Source: Catajapyx aquilonaris
Lineage: Eukaryota
Direction: 5' to 3'
Length of the DNA: 64,000 nucleotides
NCBI GenBank assembly: GCA_000934665.2
Contig: KZ538277.1
Coordinates: 1-64,000, forward strand
In this document: one piece after another, positions 57,701 through 64,000 of the stretch
How positions within the stretch are numbered: the stretch's first letter is position 1
How the letters are laid out: each line of letters starts with the position of its first letter
Translations under genes and position numbers: made by a program
The notes under the pieces: model-generated
Told to the model about the DNA's origin: nothing
Database searches by the model: none
What the model saw: the letters and a program-made list of their open reading frames with translations, nothing else

Positions 57701-60227
57701 GCTTATGGGCGCCCTTTTTGTCTTCCTTTTCCTCCACTTGAGTTTATGACACCGAAGAGGTTAGGTGATCCTGTGGGTGACACAGGCAAAGCAAGCAACT
57801 ACCCCCCACAACGGAGAGAATCCGAAAGAAAAGCTGGGGAGGGGGGCAAGTGACAAGGGCGTGGACGGGAGCCCCGGGATAGCAAAAGCCTGCATCATTG
57901 AGACAAATCGCCGCCTGAATTGGAGGCCATTACACATGTCTGTCAGCAGGCGGCGGAGGTTGAATGGCTAAAGCGCCAGCGACATCGCGGGACTCATTTA
58001 CCACCACCGGCCCGACCATTTATTCACTTTTCTGTCTTTTTCCTGCTTCCTCACAGTCTGTAGGGGCATAAATTCTGGGGGCTTCACAATTGGCACTTAT
58101 GCAAGTGTCATCTAATATGCGCGATCAGGGTGCAACCATGTTCATTCTGAGCTTATGGCAAATAATGTTTAGACCAATGCGTAATGGTATCATGGTGCTA
58201 TATACATACGACCATCGCTTTGCTAGAGTACTCATAGTTAAATAGCGCCAACACTTTGACATTGACTTATTAGGGCTATTAGTAACGCTTCCAGAAATTC
58301 TACAATATACATAAATATGTTTTAAAATATTGACATCTTAAAATTATTATATTGTTGACAATGGACAGCCGGTATAATTTGGTAATATACGGTATTTGGA
58401 ATAGTGTTACTGATTGCTTGCGTTGTGGCCATAATATTATCTAAAACCGGACATAAGGAAATATAATTTTGAGGTCTATACTACTGACAACATGCATACG
58501 GCGGAGCATCAACCTGTGTGCATATCGATGGATCAATGCTACTTGTTATAACAATGTGAAATATTACAGACTTCCATTCTCTATATAGTAGGCCTACAGT
58601 AATTAGGCTAATGCGAATTTGGTTCATGCAGAGTTTCATTCAATTGAGAATGCTCATTCCAAAAAACCCTCAGCATAACGGCAACGGCTGCTTCCTCCTG
58701 CCCCCTTGCTTTCATGTCTCTTGAGTCATGAGTACAGGTCGGAAAGTTCTATCTAAAACCAACCCTCAAAATATTCTTACAAATATTATCCAAAAATCTA
58801 CAACATATTTTCATACATATTCCTTGCAGATCATACGAATAATACGATCGTTCAAACAAAATTCTGAGCGGTACCAATATTACAAATTTCCGAACTGGTT
58901 TATCCGCCGAAACTTTAAAAAAATTATAACCCATTTTCAAGCGGTGATTAAATTCTCAGCTGCAAGTAATACAGTGAGCAGTGAGAACGAAAACGTGCCT
59001 TCTTAATCAATAGCCCCAAAATTTTCTATAGTCTCCTTTTCTATACCTCCCCACATCCAAACCCTTTTCCGTGACCTTTTTCACACCGAGATACAGATGT
59101 GCATGTTTGATGAGGGAAACACGCGTTGGATGAGAGGAACACGACACAGGCCATAGAAATGGACTTTTGATTAGAATCCCCTCCGCCCCCTACTATTCCC
59201 TCAAACCTTCCCCTATCCTTTATATGGGGGAGAGTCCATGCAAGCCAACCCAAAGGAAGGAAGTGTGAGTAAAAGGAAAAGAACAAGAGCGATAGGAGTA
59301 GACAGTTGGCTCCGTGATGCTTCGTCCACCATGATTGTTCTGGTGGCGGCGGGGGTCTGATTATGATGGATGAGCCTGAGCTTCGGTGAGAAGGTCCCGG
59401 CCACACGGGGATGGGGTCACGGGTCGAGCATTCGCGACCAGTTGCCTGCCTACCTGCCATCCGACCATTCCGACCCCCCTAAACTAAAAGGTGTGAGAAG
59501 AAATGCAAGATGAAGAGTGTCATCCTGATTGGTGTTTTAATATTTTAGTTAGAAGCGATTAGGGCCTGTTGCGTATGTATAGTTTAGTGGGGTGTAAAAA
59601 GTGTGAAATTACCTCTAAAATTGGTGGGGGTTAACTGGCAACAAGTGTTGGCTGAGTGGAATTACCAGCACTAATATTAATGGTGACCGGTGTTTGGAAA
59701 TGTTCCAATACCTCCCAGTTGACAACGGCCCACATTTTCAGACAAAGATACCAACAGCTGTCTTCTCAAGAAGTCGTGTAATTATTTTGCCTCTTACATG
59801 TAATTAGCCTCCATTTTTGTGCATTTTTACCGGCAACACACCTCAAGCTGTTTCCATGTGAAGGTGGTCGCCTATAGTTCCAGTGTTGGATTCTTAATTA
59901 ACTTTTACCGGTGCGTGTCAGGGCGGAACATGCGACCTTCTCTCACTTTGTACCTCTCAGATATTGCCGTTTACAACCGGATGCACGTTGTAAAAACCTT
60001 CTTATCTGCATACAGTACGCACATCATCTGCGTTATTATTTGCTCCGCTGAAAGTAGCGCACACATTGTTTGTTTCCCGAGACACTTTGCGTTGCAGGTA
60101 TGACATGATTTATTTGGCAGTAATTAAAATGGTGTATTTACATGCGATGCCATTGCGTTAGAAAATTGAGAGGCCTGAAGTGTACAATAGCATGTAGCAA
60201 GTGTGAAAAATGTGCCTTGATGCTGTA

Positions 60228-60370
60228 CAGTGTTGGACATTAATCTAGGCATTCGAGGCACTGGCTAGCGACATTTTCCGAATCGGCAGAAGAAGGAATC
60301 GAAGATAAGGATACTGCAAGCCGGGCGAGCAAGATGTCGCTAGCAGTATGCCTCGATTTATGTCCAACAC
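60228..60370. mobile_element. Short MITE whose right TIR is interrupted by a SINE
   Basis: CAGTGTTGGACAT / ATGTCCAACAC termini; inner arms CGAGGCA..GCTAGCGACAT / ATGTCGCTAGC..TGCCTCG. Confidence 0.72.
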
Positions 60371-60602
60371 TTTATAATTGATATATTTAAGGAGGTTGGC
60401 CCAGCATTGCCTTTCAACCTCCAAGGATAGGGAAGGAAGGAAGCGGCTGTGGCCTATTATACGGAAGCAACCCCGGAATTATCCTAGAAAGACCGTGGAA
60501 AACCACAGAAAACCACGGTCAACGTTGCCGGCCCCGGGATTCGAACCCAGGACCTCCCGATTAGCAGTCGGACGCCTTATCCACTATGCCAACCTGCTTC
60601 GG
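60371..60602 (-). mobile_element. SINE family C copy with an alternative tail
   Basis: Head and body match the 54424 copy; 14-bp TSD TTTATGTCCAACAC at 60357-60370 and 60603-60616. Confidence 0.9.
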
Positions 60603-63600
60603 TTTATGTCCAACACCGTACATAAGTAATTAATGTATCATGGAAGAAACAAGTGCTTCTAACCAAGTTGACAGGCGACATTACGTATGGTCCTGATGAG
60701 GTCTCTTACCAGTTTTCAAGTGGATCACCCGTCCACTTATTCTTCAAGTTAAAGCATGCAGTAACACAATAGTGAAAAATCAACAGTCTTTGGTTAGCTT
60801 GGTTGCCCCCCCCCCCTCGCCCCCCATTTTGCAAATATATTTTTTAAATCCCTAGAACTTGGATATATTTATCACGCAGCGAAATGAGAAATTAATGTCA
60901 TGCTTTATAGCAGAGCAATAAATTTTGTTGACACGAATTCAAAATGCGAATGGTGGGGTCCTCCAAGTTGCAGCCACTAGGAGGGGGGGGAGGGGGGCAA
61001 AAAGGAGGTAGGGGGGTGAGCTTCAGCGCCGCCTTTCCAACCTTCTCCAAACTTGCCAGATGAAGAGTAATTACAAAGCTGGGGCGACCAGTAGGCTAAT
61101 TAGAAAGGCAATAAAAAGTCTCACGTGATCCTGATGGAATGAGAAATTGAAGGTAAATTTTCTCCGGGACTACCTCTGGACAGTGTCGGGTTGGAAAGGG
61201 CCCCGTTCACACCAACCCGGAGCAAGCCCCGGATCGGCAGGCAGATGGCGGGCTGCTGAAGGGAAGGAGGTCCGCCATTAGGGACCCCCGACTTACCCTC
61301 TAGGCCCGTCTTTTGTTGTGATTTCAACCTGAATTTTTGGGGCCACCTCAGTGGACAGTGTGTGGTTTTTGGTGCGGGTTGTGCAGTGTCGTGTTGTTGT
61401 GAAGGTGAGATTCAATAAAGTGGTGATATTATTGTGTAGTTTTATTTACAGTTGCACTAATTGCAATTAGAAGTGCAATCTGTACACCACAGTAGCAATC
61501 CTATATGTAATTGTGTGTTGTGAAAGACCCTGCTGGGGGGGGATAAAAAATAGTGGAAGCAATCGGCGGCAAGTTGTACCTTGATAGTTAATGACATCCT
61601 GCAAGGAGTCAGCATAATTACGGGGCTAGACTAAGCATGGCCGAGACGAGATTTGGAAGGTGTGGCCACACCTGTCCGACTTCCTCAGGTAACGCTCACG
61701 TTCAAGTCCAAGGCCGACCAACCGCAACTGAAACTAGGAGGAAGATGGCCTCAGACCTGACCATAGCAAAGTTTTGTAGCTTGCATCACACACTATTTGT
61801 GACCACAAATTTATTTAGCGGATGAGAAATATAATGAGGTAGTTTTCAGAGGCGGTGGTTGGGAGGAAGATGACGTAAAAGTTGCCGCGTTTTGATAATA
61901 TCGGTAGAGGATGTTTTAAAAGCAGTACTATAAGAACTCCCATTTGACACGAATTAAATTAGTCGATTGAAAATGAAGCTATTTTTGCAGATGCACACAC
62001 ATATTATAATGTAGCTTATTTTAATGTTAAAAGCCATTGCAACATGTTGATATTCTTAGTCATATCACTTAGACTATAATGCGCAAATATTAAATTTATC
62101 TGCAAGAATAATGTCGATGACGGTGATGATTACAAATCTACTTAAACAATTTCATTGAACCATACGAAATTATTTTAATAATATATTTGCCAGTTTTAAT
62201 ATTTTGTATTAATTTCAGCATGGTTTTGACCAAAATAGTTTATGCGAAGCTACTTTTCAAAAAAAAATGCAATTATTTATTATAAAATAATGTCCTATTA
62301 TTTACAATATGATATTATTCGTGCTAATGAAATATATTTTTATTTTCACTTAAATATTAGTGTCAAAATTTAATTATAAATAAATTAGCTTCATTGAATG
62401 CAGGCCAGAATGTAGTGTAATTGTGGCAAAAATGGTATGTAATTGTATGTAATAATTGTATGTTCGATTGACCAGGAAAGTGATCAAAAATGAAGACAAC
62501 ATCCCCGATCGTAATATTGATGCCGACCTCGTATAATACCGTTAATTAAAGATTTGCGCTTGATTTTCGTCCATACAACCGGACCTAAATTTACGCGTGC
62601 TTTATTTTACCCTGTCACATTGTAATGCGCGACGGTATAACTTGTTCCAGCAACAGAAAATGATTAAGAGAAAATACTTCAAATGCCATTTTGTAACAAA
62701 ATTTGAACGATTCAAACGCATGATGACACAAGGTGAATATACAGTAAATATTATGGGCTCGATACTGCTAGTCTGAAGGTTTCCGTACATTATAGAATTA
62801 TGCAAACTTCTCTTCAGTTTATTTCGTGTAGGGCAATATTTCATTATTAGTGTTTGAAGTGATGGCTTCATGTTGAAGTAGATTTAATTGAGGAGTTTTG
62901 TTATTGCACTTTTAACCTTCAAAAACTGCCCGTAGGCCTATCTGTGGTACCGTACACATTTTATGTAGAGTTCCAAAGGCAATATTTACGTTCAGGCCTA
63001 TATGATGAGATGTGTTTTTTAATTTTTAAAATTGCAATTATTATAGTGCAATCAATTTGAAAATCTTTTAAAAGATTACTGGATAGGGACATACATCAGC
63101 AAGTACAAAACATGTTTGGTAGTTCCATATGTGATTGTGCCGCAATCAATTTTGGATTCAACTGCATGTTATTATTTGAAATACGAACTGTAGTTAATAT
63201 TATGCTATAAATGCTGGCTGTAACTGAAGGCAAGTCAAGCGTTCCAGCATATGCTTTGGCGTGGATTACGTTGCTGTACTGATTTATGATCATCCCTGCC
63301 TCAGTCCACACCGGAATAAATACCCATTTGCTGCCACACTGACATTTGTAGTTATGGTGAATGGTAGGAAACAATTGATTTTGAGTGGCAATTACGCTGG
63401 ATCCCCATTTCAGTCAGCAATAATTGTGTACACTTTGCACTGTCAGAACGTGTAGACACTGATATATAGTATATTCACTTATAAGTGGGGGAAGTCAGAA
63501 TTGGACAATTATGAAAACCGCCGAATGAAATATATTTTATATGATTGCCATATACGTATTACAAGCATTGTCATGGTTGTATAAGGTTTATCGATACACT

Positions 63601-63834
63601 TTCCACGATCTATGATGAGGTAATTATTAATCTTCAAATAAAATAATCCAAACACACAAGAACGTTCGGATTTGCATTCATGTACACTATACATACAAAG
63701 TGGATTGAAATTAATTATTATGGAACGAGTTTAATTAGCGTACATATCCTGTTACTTGTAATGCCCACTATAGCTAATACGAAACGAACGCATCGAAACT
63801 CTTCTCAGATGTAAAAATCGCCGACCCGGTCGGA

Positions 63835-63910
63835 CCGGGGCGGGGAATCGAATGCACGACCTCAGAGGTGTAAAAGGCTGCATTGCATCAATAATTTCCC
63901 CACCACGCCG
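63835..63910 (-). mobile_element. Degenerate tRNA-derived SINE head
   Basis: GGGGAATCGAATGCACGACCTCAGAGGTG on the + strand resembles the reverse complement of the family B head (CACCTCTGAGGTC..TTCGAT.CCCC). Confidence 0.45.
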
Positions 63911-64000
63911 CTCCCGTAGACAACCCAGCGAAATAGAAATGTTGTCACATGTGCTTCTTCTCAATGATTGTGTAAATTATAGATAAATTAAGTTCATTTC

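Overview
Animal (bilaterian invertebrate, plausibly arthropod; species not identifiable here) genomic DNA, not prokaryotic. The only protein-coding gene I can support is a minus-strand paralogy-group-3 Hox gene (Hox3) with three coding exons: 40751-40313, 36131-35839 and 35780-35367. They join through phase-compatible GT-AG introns (4181 bp and 58 bp) into about 381 aa with a YPWM hexapeptide, a Q50 homeodomain and a C-terminal KLTDL motif. The rest is non-coding: GC-rich motif-dense islands (candidate Hox regulatory DNA) alternate with AT-rich DNA holding at least four tRNA-derived SINE families, many MITE/foldback elements (often nested), microsatellites and assembly gaps. Best leads: (1) a cluster of miR-10-family seed matches just upstream of a distal poly(A) signal on the Hox3 sense strand; (2) a retainable 58-bp intron that would truncate Hox3; (3) SINE 3' stem-loop tails shared and swapped between families; (4) an intact tRNA cloverleaf with TCA at the anticodon position; (5) a MITE built from an inverted duplication of a transposase 3' end. 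I found no clearly novel protein system. All motif and family calls were made by eye and need computational confirmation.
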